From Acidimicrobiaceae bacterium (GTDB taxonomy: Bacteria > Actinomycetota > Acidimicrobiia > Acidimicrobiales > Aldehydirespiratoraceae): a stretch of 64,000 nucleotides of DNA. Position 1 is the stretch's first letter; each line of letters begins with the position of its first letter. Shown here piece after piece: positions 31,939 to 40,314 of this stretch. Position numbers and translations under genes: made by a program. The notes below the pieces were generated by a model. The model was not told the DNA's origin, searched no databases, and saw only the letters and a program-made list of their open reading frames with translations. The stretch spans positions 4,556 through 68,555 of the forward strand of contig JAPOYA010000029.1 of assembly GCA_026706815.1 (NCBI GenBank). The letters run 5' to 3'.

Positions 31939-34011
31939 ATGACCATCACGGAACCCACTACCGAGGGGCCCAAAACCGAGGGGCCGCTAGAACTCGAATC
32001 CGGCCGCGAGGCTCTGGCGGAGCGACCGCTCGGGGTGCTCACCCGGCCGCAGGGAGGCAGGGGTTGGCGTGACTGGTTGAGCACCGTCGACCACAAGAAG
32101 ATCGGGATCATGTACGGCGTTTCCGCCATGGTCTTCTTCGTGGTGGGCGGCATCGAGGCCCTGCTGATCCGTTTGCAGCTGGCGGTGCCCAACGGTGGTG
32201 TGCTGTCGGCCGATGTCTACAACCAGGTGTTCACCATGCACGGCGTGACCATGGTGTTCCTGTTCATCATGCCTTTGGCAGCGGCTTTCGCGAACTATCT
32301 GATTCCGCTTCAGATCGGCGCCAGAGATGTGGCGTTCCCGCGGCTCAACGCGCTCTCGTATTGGGTCTGGCTGTCTGGGGCGATCTTCTTGAACAGTTCT
32401 TGGATCGTCGGCGGAGGCGGAGCGGACTGTGGCTGGTTCTGCTACTCGCCCAACAGCGGTGTGACCTTCTCGCCGAGCCACGGCGTCGACTTCTATGCGA
32501 TCGGCTTGCTGATCGCCGGTATCGCCTCGTTGGTCTCAGCCATCAACCTGATCGTCACGTGTCTCAATATGCGGGCCCCCGGGATGGACTTGTTCCGCAT
32601 GCCGGTCATGACCTGGATGCTGTTGATCACCCAGTTCCTGCTGCTGTTCGCGTTGCCGGTCATCACCGTCGCTCTGTTCCTGTTGATGTTCGACCGCCTG
32701 TTCGACGCCAGCTTCTTCAATCCCGACGCGGGCGCCGATCCGTTGTTGTGGCAGCACCTCTTCTGGATATTCGGGCATCCCGAGGTCTACATCATCATTC
32801 TGCCCGCCTTCGGCGTCGTGTCCGAAGTGATCCCGACGTTCAGCCGCAAACCCATATTCGGCTACACGTTCATGGTGTTCTCGGGTATAGCCATCGGCTT
32901 CATGGGATGGGGGGTCTGGGCTCATCACATGTTCGTGTCGGGTATCGGTCCGATCTCGGTGGCGGCGTTCTCGTTGTCGACGATGTTCATTGCGGTGCCG
33001 ACGGGCGTGAAGGTCTTGAACTGGTTGGCCACCATGTGGGGCGGACAGATCCGCTTCACAACGGCAATGCTCTTCGCGGTGGGAACGGTGGCTATGTTCA
33101 CCATCGGCGGGCTTTCGGGGGTGACCCACGCTCTGGCGCCCGCTGACACCCAACAGACCGACACTTATTACATCGTGGCTCATTTCCACTATGTGATCTT
33201 CGGTGGCGGTGTGCTCGGGTTGATGGGCGGCCTCTACTACTGGTGGCCGAAGATATTCGGTTACATGCTCAACGAGCGCCGCGGCAAGATCAATTTCTGG
33301 TTGATGCTCATCGGCTTCAACCTGACCTTCGGGCCGATGCACATACTCGGACTGCAGGGGATGAGCCGTCGTATCGACACCTATTCATCGGGGTTCGGGT
33401 TCGAGTTCTGGAACATGGTGGCGACCATCGGCTCGTTCATCATCGCGGTCTCGGTTGTGGTCCTGTTCCACAACATCTGGAAGTCGAAACGAGAGGCGGC
33501 CGACCTGCCGCCCCCGGGTCCTGATCCCTGGGACGCACGAAGCCTTGAGTGGATGGTTCCCTCGCCGGTGCCCGAGCACAACTTCGATGAAGTTCCCACG
33601 GTGGAGGGCCTCGACGAGTGGTGGCACCGCAAATACAGCTTTGACGACGACGGCAGGGTCGTGCAGATCGCCACGGCTGAAGAAGCAGCCCAGGACGGCT
33701 CGGCCAAGGGCGTGCATCTGCCCGCGCCCTCGTTCTGGCCGCTGGTGCTGGCTGTGGGCCTGCCGTTGATCGGCTATGGACTGATATTCAACCTGTGGCT
33801 CTGCGTGCCCGGCGGTCTGTTGGTCGGCATGGGCATCTTCGCCTGGGCCCTCGAGCCTGTAGACGACCCCGATGCGACCCACGACCACCACGACGACGAC
33901 CACGGCGACGATGATGACGACCACGACGACACTGCCTCGGCTCCGGTTGCGCCCGGCGATGACACTGCCTCGGCTCCGGTTGCGCCCGGCGAGCAGCAGG
34001 GAGGTGAGTGA
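31939..34011 (+). CDS. ctaD: Cytochrome c oxidase subunit I with a fused CtaF-like two-TM C-terminal extension and an acidic His/Asp tail
   Basis: All canonical ligand motifs are present: 'FTMHG', 'GHPEVY', 'WAHHMF' and 'AHFHYV'. The C-terminal 'SFWPLVLAVGLPLIGYGL...' is followed by 'THDHHDDDHGDDDDDHDD' and two 'DTASAPVAPG' repeats. Confidence 0.95.
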   Translation: MTITEPTTEGPKTEGPLELESGREALAERPLGVLTRPQGGRGWRDWLSTVDHKKIGIMYGVSAMVFFVVGGIEALLIRLQLAVPNGGVLSADVYNQVFTMHGVTMVFLFIMPLAAAFANYLIPLQIGARDVAFPRLNALSYWVWLSGAIFLNSSWIVGGGGADCGWFCYSPNSGVTFSPSHGVDFYAIGLLIAGIASLVSAINLIVTCLNMRAPGMDLFRMPVMTWMLLITQFLLLFALPVITVALFLLMFDRLFDASFFNPDAGADPLLWQHLFWIFGHPEVYIIILPAFGVVSEVIPTFSRKPIFGYTFMVFSGIAIGFMGWGVWAHHMFVSGIGPISVAAFSLSTMFIAVPTGVKVLNWLATMWGGQIRFTTAMLFAVGTVAMFTIGGLSGVTHALAPADTQQTDTYYIVAHFHYVIFGGGVLGLMGGLYYWWPKIFGYMLNERRGKINFWLMLIGFNLTFGPMHILGLQGMSRRIDTYSSGFGFEFWNMVATIGSFIIAVSVVVLFHNIWKSKREAADLPPPGPDPWDARSLEWMVPSPVPEHNFDEVPTVEGLDEWWHRKYSFDDDGRVVQIATAEEAAQDGSAKGVHLPAPSFWPLVLAVGLPLIGYGLIFNLWLCVPGGLLVGMGIFAWALEPVDDPDATHDHHDDDHGDDDDDHDDTASAPVAPGDDTASAPVAPGEQQGGE

Positions 34012-34087
34012 CCATGACCACAGAAACCTCGGCTCCCGTTGCATCTGATGCCGACACCGCTGCCGCGGCTCTGGTTGCGCCCGGCGA
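33928..34087 (+). repeat. Tandem copies of the dispersed repeat (core GCGGCTCCGGTTGCGCCCGGCG) spanning the ctaD/ctaE junction
   Basis: Two 33-bp copies lie at 33928-33959 and 33961-33992. A degenerate copy sits at 34025-34050 and another good copy at 34053-34087. The ctaD stop and ctaE start lie between them. Confidence 0.85.
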
Positions 34088-34670
34088 CAGCAACGATCAC
34101 GGACCCACCACCGGCATCTCCAACACCAAGCTGGCGATGTGGCTGTTCCTCGGTTCGGAGTGTCTGCTGTTCGGCGGTCTGATCTCGACCTACCTGCTCT
34201 ACAAGACCCGCCGCGGCCCGGACAATCTGGCGATCCCGACAGACGTGTTCGACATTCCGTTCACTTCGATCAGCTCGTTCGTCCTGTTGATGAGCTCGCT
34301 GACAATGGTGCTCGCGCTCGCCGCGCTCACTCGGGGCGACAACCACGGTGCGCGTGTCTGGCTGCTGGCGACGAGCATGCTCGGCGGCGTGTTCATCGGC
34401 GGCCAGGTGTATGAGTTCACCAGCTTCCTGCGCGAGGGGGTCGGCTTCACCAACAATCCGGCCAGTTCCGCGTTCTACGCGTTGACCGGATTCCACGGGG
34501 TTCACGTCAGTCTCGGCATCGTGATGCTGATGTCGTTGTTCGTTGCCTCATGGCAGGGGAAGCTCCGTCAAGAGCATTCCGAGACCGTCGAGATCGTGGG
34601 TCTCTACTGGCACTTCGTCGACGTGGTGTGGATCTTCATCTTCACTGTCATCTATCTGGTTCCCGCCTAG
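34014..34670 (+). CDS. ctaE: Cytochrome c oxidase subunit III
   Basis: 'LAMWLFLGSECLLFGGLI', 'FYALTGFHGVHVSLG' and 'YWHFVDVVWIFIF'. The start is either ATG 34014 or GTG 34008, which overlaps the ctaD stop. Confidence 0.9.
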   Translation: MTTETSAPVASDADTAAAALVAPGDSNDHGPTTGISNTKLAMWLFLGSECLLFGGLISTYLLYKTRRGPDNLAIPTDVFDIPFTSISSFVLLMSSLTMVLALAALTRGDNHGARVWLLATSMLGGVFIGGQVYEFTSFLREGVGFTNNPASSAFYALTGFHGVHVSLGIVMLMSLFVASWQGKLRQEHSETVEIVGLYWHFVDVVWIFIFTVIYLVPA

Positions 34671-34686
34671 GGGTTTGGAGCAACCC

Positions 34687-35070
34687 ATGAACACGACGAC
34701 CTCTGAACACGAAGCCCCCGACGCAGAAGAAGCCACTGTGCCCAAAGAAGCCACTGTGCCTGAAGACGGCGCGCGGGAGCACTCCGAGCACGAGCACCCG
34801 TCTGACTGGGATTACGTCAAGATCGCCCTGATCCTCGCGGTCATCACCGCAGTCGAGGTCTTCACCTACTTCGAGTCGGTATACGACTGGGGCAGTCTTC
34901 TGATCCCGTCCTTGCTGATAATGATGGTGGTCAAGTTCTGGCTGGTGGCGACCTGGTTCATGCACCTGAAGTTCGACAACCCGATCTTCTCGAAGATGTT
35001 CGTCGGAGGGTTGTTGCTGGCCGTCGGCGTGTATGTCGCTGCGCTTGCAGCTTTCGAGTTCTGGGCGTGA
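34687..35070 (+). CDS. ctaF: Cytochrome c oxidase subunit IV (Bacillus CtaF/CoxIV type)
   Basis: Small 3-TM protein, 'YVKIALILAVITAVEVFTYF...VKFWLVATWFMHLKFD', typical of the prokaryotic subunit IV family. The N-terminus carries an 18-bp in-frame duplication (EATVPK/EATVPE). Confidence 0.8.
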   Translation: MNTTTSEHEAPDAEEATVPKEATVPEDGAREHSEHEHPSDWDYVKIALILAVITAVEVFTYFESVYDWGSLLIPSLLIMMVVKFWLVATWFMHLKFDNPIFSKMFVGGLLLAVGVYVAALAAFEFWA

Positions 35071-35075
35071 TTTGA

Positions 35076-36011
35076 ATGGACGGGCCTTGGGAGTTCGAGG
35101 CCCATCCCGCAGTCTGGATGCTGATAGCGGGGATCGTGGCTCTCGGCTACTACGCGGTTCGACATATCGGACCCATGGTGGTGCCCGCCGGGCAGACCAT
35201 CGTGACGAAACGGCAGAAGCGCTGTTTCGCGCTTGCGGTGTTCCTGCTGTGGGTAGCTGCGGACTGGCCGATGCACGACATCGCCGAGGAATACCTCTAC
35301 TCGGTCCACATGGGCCAGCACCTGCTGATCGCCTTCATCGTCCCGCCGCTGATGCTGCTGGCTATGCCGGAGTGGTTGGCCCGCCTGATCGTGATCGACG
35401 GAGGCGCGGCGTCGCGGGCGCTGCGGGCCCTCACCCGCCCTGTTGTCGCAGCGGTCATATTCAATGCCCTGCAGATCCTGTCGCACTGGTCCGCGGTCGT
35501 CAACCTGTCGGTTGAGAACGGGGTCTTCCACTACACCATCCATCTTGCGGTGTTCTTCTCGGCGCTGTTGATGTGGTTCCCGGTGGTGGGTCCGCTCCCC
35601 GAACTTCAGATGAGCGAGCCGGGAAAGATGGTCTACCTGTTCACCAGTTCGATCGTGCCGACGGTCCCTGCGGGCTGGTTGACCTTCGCGGAGGGCGTTG
35701 TCTATTCGGCTTACGACCATGCTGATCCGCTGTGGGGCATATCTCCGACCGATGACCAACAGGCCGCCGGAGCGGTGATGAAAGTCATCGGAGGCTTCTA
35801 CCTCTGGGCGCTCATCACCATCCGCTACTTCCGCTTCACTTCCGGGCGCCGCGAGGCTGATCTTGTGGCTCGGCGTTCCCGCAGGCAACCCGCCCTGAAA
35901 CCGGAGACGGAGCGTGTTGGCGCGGTTGCCCTCACTGGCGATCTGACGTTCGGTGACGTGCAGCGGGCATTCGATGAGAATCCCGAGCCACCGCGCGAAG
36001 CCCCAACATGA
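35076..36011 (+). CDS. ctaG: Cytochrome c oxidase assembly factor CtaG (caa3 type)
   Basis: Polytopic protein with 'HMGQHLLIAFIVPPLMLLAMP' and 'VMKVIGGFYLW', characteristic of Bacillus-type CtaG. Confidence 0.8.
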   Translation: MDGPWEFEAHPAVWMLIAGIVALGYYAVRHIGPMVVPAGQTIVTKRQKRCFALAVFLLWVAADWPMHDIAEEYLYSVHMGQHLLIAFIVPPLMLLAMPEWLARLIVIDGGAASRALRALTRPVVAAVIFNALQILSHWSAVVNLSVENGVFHYTIHLAVFFSALLMWFPVVGPLPELQMSEPGKMVYLFTSSIVPTVPAGWLTFAEGVVYSAYDHADPLWGISPTDDQQAAGAVMKVIGGFYLWALITIRYFRFTSGRREADLVARRSRRQPALKPETERVGAVALTGDLTFGDVQRAFDENPEPPREAPT

Positions 36012-36081
36012 CTTGTCGACGAGATTGATTCGACCGCTGCATGCCCTTCATGATTATTTGACACATTTTCATGCTATTCGG

Positions 36082-36109
36082 TTGACGCTCCCATGCATCT
36101 GAGTAGAGT
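36082..36109 (+). promoter_or_regulatory. Candidate promoter TTGACG - 16 nt - TAGAGT, giving a leaderless mRNA for the 36118 ORF
   Basis: The -10 ends 8 nt before the ATG at 36118. The surrounding 100 bp is markedly AT-richer than its flanks. Confidence 0.45.
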
Positions 36110-36117
36110 GTCGTGTC

Positions 36118-36432
36118 ATGGACGCGGCGCTGCTTGTGATGATTTCGACGTTGTTCGTAGCAATGCTTGGAAGTTCTTGGCAGCAGTCGCGTGAGAATGC
36201 CAAGACTCGCAGCCTCATGGTGCAGCTCAACGATGACACTCGCAGTGAGCTGCGCGGCGAGATGAGAGATCTTCGCAGTGAGCTGCGCGGCGATATCAAT
36301 GAGCTGCGAAGCGACCACAAGTCCTTGGCGGCTGCTCTTGGCGACGTTCGGGAGCGGCTCGCGCGCATTGAAGGACATCTCGGAATCGGTATCGAGAAAC
36401 CGGCCGAAACGGATACCGAAAGCTCTGGGTAG
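36118..36432 (+). CDS. Small membrane-anchored coiled-coil protein (hypothetical)
   Basis: N-terminal hydrophobic helix 'AALLVMISTLFVAMLG', then repeated 'RSELRGEMRDL / RSELRGDINEL / RSD' encoded by a 33-bp in-frame tandem repeat. Confidence 0.5.
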   Translation: MDAALLVMISTLFVAMLGSSWQQSRENAKTRSLMVQLNDDTRSELRGEMRDLRSELRGDINELRSDHKSLAAALGDVRERLARIEGHLGIGIEKPAETDTESSG

Positions 36433-36476
36433 GTGGATGAGCGCAAGCTCTTGATCGGGCGCTACCGTCAACGGCC

Positions 36477-37766
36477 ATGCTCGACATCAAGCTGATCCGT
36501 TCGGATCCCGACGCTGTCAAGACAGCTGTCGCGCGCCGAGGAGAGCCGACCTCGTCGATCGACGAGATCGTGGAGCTGGACGCGATACTCCGCACGACTT
36601 CCACCGAGCGCGACGAGATCCGCTCTGAGATTCGCCAGACCTCGAAGCAAGTGGGTGTGCTGCACGCGCAGGGCAAGGCCGGTGAGGCGAGTGCTCTTGC
36701 TGATCACAGTCGCTCTCTGGGGACTCAGGAGAAAACGCTTGACGAGCGCTGCGAACGACTCGCGGCTGAGCTCCGGGAGTTGCTCCTCAACGTCAGCAAC
36801 ATGCCGTCGCCGGACGCTCCCGACGGGCTGACCGAAGACGGCAATGTCGAAGTTCGCAGATCCGGCTATGACCCTGCCGCATACGGCGACCACCAGAAGG
36901 TGCCCCACTGGGAGATAGGCGAACAGCTGCAGATCCTCGACGCCGACCGCGCGGTGCGACTCTCGGGCTCGATGTTCGTGATGTACCGCGGCGACGGCGC
37001 GCGATTGCTGCGAGCGCTGATCGCCTACGGGCTCGAGCGCAACCGGGACGCCTTTGAAGAGGTTCGGCCGCCGACCCTGGTGAAGTCCAACACGATGATC
37101 GGGAGCGGTCATCTGCCGAAGTTCGCTGATGATGCTTACCACATCGAACGCGACGACCTGTGGGCCATTCCGACGTCTGAGGTTTCGTTGACCTCGATGT
37201 TCAGCGGTGAGATCCTCAACGAGGACGAACTGCCGATGAGGCTGATGGCGCACACCTCGTGCTACCGGCGCGAGGCCGGCGCGGCGGGACGCGACACCCG
37301 CGGCCTGCTGCGGGTCCATGAGTTCGACAAGGTCGAGATGTATGCGTTCTGCACCCCTGAGCAAGGTTACGGCATGCACATGGAGATCCTCGATCGGGCC
37401 GAGAGCGCCATCCGCGACTTGGGTTTGGCCCATCGGGTGCTCGACCTGGCTTGCGGCGATATCAGCGGTGCGGGCACACGCACTTTCGACATCGAGGTCT
37501 TCGCCCCTGGCGCGGACCGTTGGCTTGAGGTGTCGTCGGTTTCGTGGTGTACCGACTATCAGACCCGGCGGGCCAATATCCGCTATCGGTCCGAGGGCAC
37601 GAAGGGCACCCGGTTCGTTCACAGCCTCAACGGCTCGGCGCTGGCGGTCCCGCGGGTCTGGGCCGCGATCGTGGAGACCTGCCGGCAGCCCGACGGTTCG
37701 ATCGATATGCCCGAAGTCCTGCACCCCTATCTCGGCGGCTTGACCAAGATTCCGGCCCCGAGTTGA
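36477..37766 (+). CDS. serS: Serine--tRNA ligase
   Basis: 'MLDIKLIRSDPDAVK' and class II aaRS motifs ('HTSCYRREAGAAGRDTRGLLRVHEFDKVE', 'TRFVHSLNGSALAVPR'). Confidence 0.95.
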   Translation: MLDIKLIRSDPDAVKTAVARRGEPTSSIDEIVELDAILRTTSTERDEIRSEIRQTSKQVGVLHAQGKAGEASALADHSRSLGTQEKTLDERCERLAAELRELLLNVSNMPSPDAPDGLTEDGNVEVRRSGYDPAAYGDHQKVPHWEIGEQLQILDADRAVRLSGSMFVMYRGDGARLLRALIAYGLERNRDAFEEVRPPTLVKSNTMIGSGHLPKFADDAYHIERDDLWAIPTSEVSLTSMFSGEILNEDELPMRLMAHTSCYRREAGAAGRDTRGLLRVHEFDKVEMYAFCTPEQGYGMHMEILDRAESAIRDLGLAHRVLDLACGDISGAGTRTFDIEVFAPGADRWLEVSSVSWCTDYQTRRANIRYRSEGTKGTRFVHSLNGSALAVPRVWAAIVETCRQPDGSIDMPEVLHPYLGGLTKIPAPS

Positions 37767-37775
37767 TCGACCGGT

Positions 37776-38096
37776 CTAGGCGAGCGAGATAGCCAACAGA
37801 GCGGCGGCGACGCCGACGACAAGGGTCAACGATCCATACGCCAGGGCGCGGACGCGGGACTTCGGCCACATCTCCACCAGTTCTCCGGCCAGCGCTGAGA
37901 AAGTTGTGAAGGCGCCGAGGCCGCCGATACCGACGATGATCATCTCGTCGGCACCGGACGCGTGCAGCAGTCCGAAGGCGAACGTCCCGGCGATGTTCGC
38001 GACGAAGGTTCCCCACGGTGATCCGAGGCGCTCACCAAGCTGCCAACGTGCCAGTGTGCCGATCAGAGCGGCTGCGCCGAACGCCATGACGGTCAT
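37776..38096 (-). CDS. crcB: Fluoride channel CrcB/FluC (second of a pair)
   Basis: 4-TM protein with 'GTFVANIAGTFAFGLL' and 'GGLGAFTTFSA', the CrcB signature. Confidence 0.85.
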   Translation of the reverse strand: MTVMAFGAAALIGTLARWQLGERLGSPWGTFVANIAGTFAFGLLHASGADEMIIVGIGGLGAFTTFSALAGELVEMWPKSRVRALAYGSLTLVVGVAAALLAISLA

Positions 38097-38470
38097 GAGC
38101 GTCGCCCTGCCAGTTGAGCGCCTAGCCGGTGTCCTGAGAGCACCGCCACCAGTCCGATTCCGACTGTCACCGCCGTGAAACCGACCGCGTCGGCGATCTG
38201 ACCGTGGTCGATGCGATCAGCTATCTCGGCTGCGAGCGTGGAGAAGGTGGTCAGCGAACCGCAGAAACCGACGCCAAGAAATAGCCGGATCGACGAGTTC
38301 TCGGCATGGGTGCGAAGCAACATCCCCAAAATGAACGCGCCGACACTGTTGACGACCAGCAGAGTCGTCAACGGGTCGTCGACGATCTCGGTCACAGCCC
38401 ATCGCAGAACAGCGCCGACGATTCCTGCGATCGCCAAACCTGCGATTGCCACAAACCGACTAGCGCTCAC
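38093..38470 (-). CDS. crcB: Fluoride channel CrcB/FluC (first of a pair)
   Basis: 'LVVNSVGAFILGML' and 'GFCGSLTTFSTLA'. It overlaps the downstream crcB by 4 bp. I preferred GTG at 38470, because the ORF-track start at 38494 would abut the pdxH start. Confidence 0.8.
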   Translation of the reverse strand: MSASRFVAIAGLAIAGIVGAVLRWAVTEIVDDPLTTLLVVNSVGAFILGMLLRTHAENSSIRLFLGVGFCGSLTTFSTLAAEIADRIDHGQIADAVGFTAVTVGIGLVAVLSGHRLGAQLAGRRS

Positions 38471-38493
38471 CTTGCAAACAGTAGGCTCCGGCA

Positions 38494-39135
38494 ATGGACA
38501 TGGCCGCGATGCGTGAAGAGTTCGGGCGCGCCGGTCTTGATGTCTCAGATGTCGCAGAAGATCCGATTGTGCAGTTCCGTGAGTGGTTCGACCTCTGGAA
38601 GACCGTCGACCCCCACCTCGCGGACACCATGGTGCTGTCCACGGTCGACGCTGAGGGTTGGCCGGATGCCCGCGCCGTTCTGTTGAAGGGCGTCGATAGC
38701 CGCGGGTTCGTTTTCTTTACCAACCGCACCTCGGCCAAGGGCGTCCAACTTGAAGCCGGCGGGCGCGCCGCGCTGACGATGGTGTGGCGGGAGATTGAGC
38801 GGCAGGTTCGGGTTGTCGGAGAGGTCAGCCGCGTCCCCGAGTCGGAATCCGACGCGTACTTCGCGAGCCGTCCGAGAGGTGCACAGATCGGTGCGTGTGC
38901 GAGCGAACAGTCCGCAGTGCTCGGCTCGCGGGCCGAGCTCGAGGCGCGCGTAGCGGAACTGGAACAGCAGTATCCGAACAAGATTCCGAGGCCGGCTCAT
39001 TGGGGCGGTTACCTGGTCGCTCCTCGAAGTGTGGAGTTCTGGCAGGGCCGTCCTGACCGTCTTCACGACCGGGTCCGCTATCGCCTCGAAACGGATGCCG
39101 CGGACGCCTGGATTGTCGAGCGTCTAGCCCCCTGA
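38494..39135 (+). CDS. pdxH: Pyridoxamine 5'-phosphate oxidase
   Basis: 'ARAVLLKGVDSRGFVFFTNRTSAKG', 'ERQVRVVGEV', 'SRPRGAQIGA' and 'EFWQGRPDRLHDRVRY' are PdxH motifs. Confidence 0.9.
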   Translation: MDMAAMREEFGRAGLDVSDVAEDPIVQFREWFDLWKTVDPHLADTMVLSTVDAEGWPDARAVLLKGVDSRGFVFFTNRTSAKGVQLEAGGRAALTMVWREIERQVRVVGEVSRVPESESDAYFASRPRGAQIGACASEQSAVLGSRAELEARVAELEQQYPNKIPRPAHWGGYLVAPRSVEFWQGRPDRLHDRVRYRLETDAADAWIVERLAP

Positions 39136-40251
39136 CTCGGTTGCCGCCTCTGGGGCGAGAGGATTGCGGGCGCGCAGATATCTGGTGATCCGCCGCCACG
39201 CGAGCCAAACGACGAGTGCCGTAAAGGCCGCTTCGATGGGCGCACCGAACCGCAACGGGTCGCTGAACCAGTGGGCGATCCGCAGCGGCCAACCTCCGAT
39301 GAGGCGGACCAGCGGCAGGAAGATGAACTCTCCCCGGTTGAACAGGAACTCGATTATCAGGTAGCTGCAGATGTAACCGGCGCTGACGCTGATTCGCTTG
39401 ACTCGGTCGCTTTCAAGGTCCCGCCAGCCGATTATCAGCGCGCCGATCACGCCCAGAATACTGATCACCGCGATGCGCTCCGGGGTCGTGTCCTGGATCC
39501 AGTTGTTGACCGCCGCTTGCATCTCCAGGAAACGGTCGACCCTGGGGCTTGAGTAATTGTCGCCTGACAGCACCCGGATCTCGAAGTACCCGTAGTCGAT
39601 CAGGTAGAGACCGGCGATCAGGAGCACCAAACCTGAGAAACGCCCCACGTAGGGCAGCACCTGTCGCATCCCCTTGGCCACATCGGTTTTGGCGAGCGCC
39701 AGACTCATGGTCAAGAAGGTGATCAGAGCGCCCATGCCCAGCGCGTAGGCGAGGAAGTTGCCGAGTCCTTTCAGCCATCCGTCCGTCGTGAACGAGGTTG
39801 TGACCGACGACAGGAAAAGCCCGATGGTGCACGACAGTGAGACCACGGCGTAGCTCACCCCGAAGAGGAAGACCGATGAGAGGTCACGGCTGCCGGTCCC
39901 GAGGTTCAGTTTCGGGAGCCGCAGCACGAAGTCCTTGCCGAGCGCCATGAAGACCCCTAGGGGAAGCATCAATGCGCCGATCGCGATCGTCACATAGCCT
40001 GTGTACTCGAAGACTGTGCCTTCGCTGACGATCGTCTCGAATGCCACTCCGCAGAGCCCGAACACCGCGATGAATCCAGCGGTCATGACCAAGCCCACGA
40101 CTAGGCCGCGCACGATGGTGGCCAGCCGACTGGCTTTCTTGTCGCCGTCGACACCTAGAAAATAGGAGAGGTAGACGGGCAGCAGCGCGAAACCGCACGG
40201 GTTGAACGCGGCTACCAGACCCAGCGCGAAAGGAAAGGCGTAGACACCCAT
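39124..40251 (-). CDS. ccdA: CcdA/DsbD-family thiol:disulfide transmembrane electron transporter with an extra C-terminal membrane domain
   Basis: 'AAFNPCGFALLPVYLSYF' and a second-half Cys in 'VVSLSCTIGLF'. About 135 additional C-terminal residues carry further TM helices. The 3' end overlaps the pdxH 3' end by 12 bp (convergent). Confidence 0.8.
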   Translation of the reverse strand: MGVYAFPFALGLVAAFNPCGFALLPVYLSYFLGVDGDKKASRLATIVRGLVVGLVMTAGFIAVFGLCGVAFETIVSEGTVFEYTGYVTIAIGALMLPLGVFMALGKDFVLRLPKLNLGTGSRDLSSVFLFGVSYAVVSLSCTIGLFLSSVTTSFTTDGWLKGLGNFLAYALGMGALITFLTMSLALAKTDVAKGMRQVLPYVGRFSGLVLLIAGLYLIDYGYFEIRVLSGDNYSSPRVDRFLEMQAAVNNWIQDTTPERIAVISILGVIGALIIGWRDLESDRVKRISVSAGYICSYLIIEFLFNRGEFIFLPLVRLIGGWPLRIAHWFSDPLRFGAPIEAAFTALVVWLAWRRITRYLRARNPLAPEAATESGG

Positions 40252-40314
40252 TACGTTGTGCCTATCAGAACTGCGTGCATTTCAGAACGATGGGCATCAG
40301 AGAACCTGCGCGCA

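Noticed and set aside
34866-35888. 340-aa minus-strand ORF
   Set aside because: It is antisense to ctaF and ctaG, with no recognisable motifs.
36468-37724. 418-aa minus-strand ORF
   Set aside because: It is antisense to serS, whose identity is unambiguous. This is a shadow ORF.
38471-38493. Fluoride riboswitch (crcB motif) upstream of the crcB pair
   Set aside because: Only ~23 nt separate the preferred crcB start from the divergent pdxH start, and I could not recognise the conserved crcB-motif pseudoknot sequence there. If one exists, it is not here.
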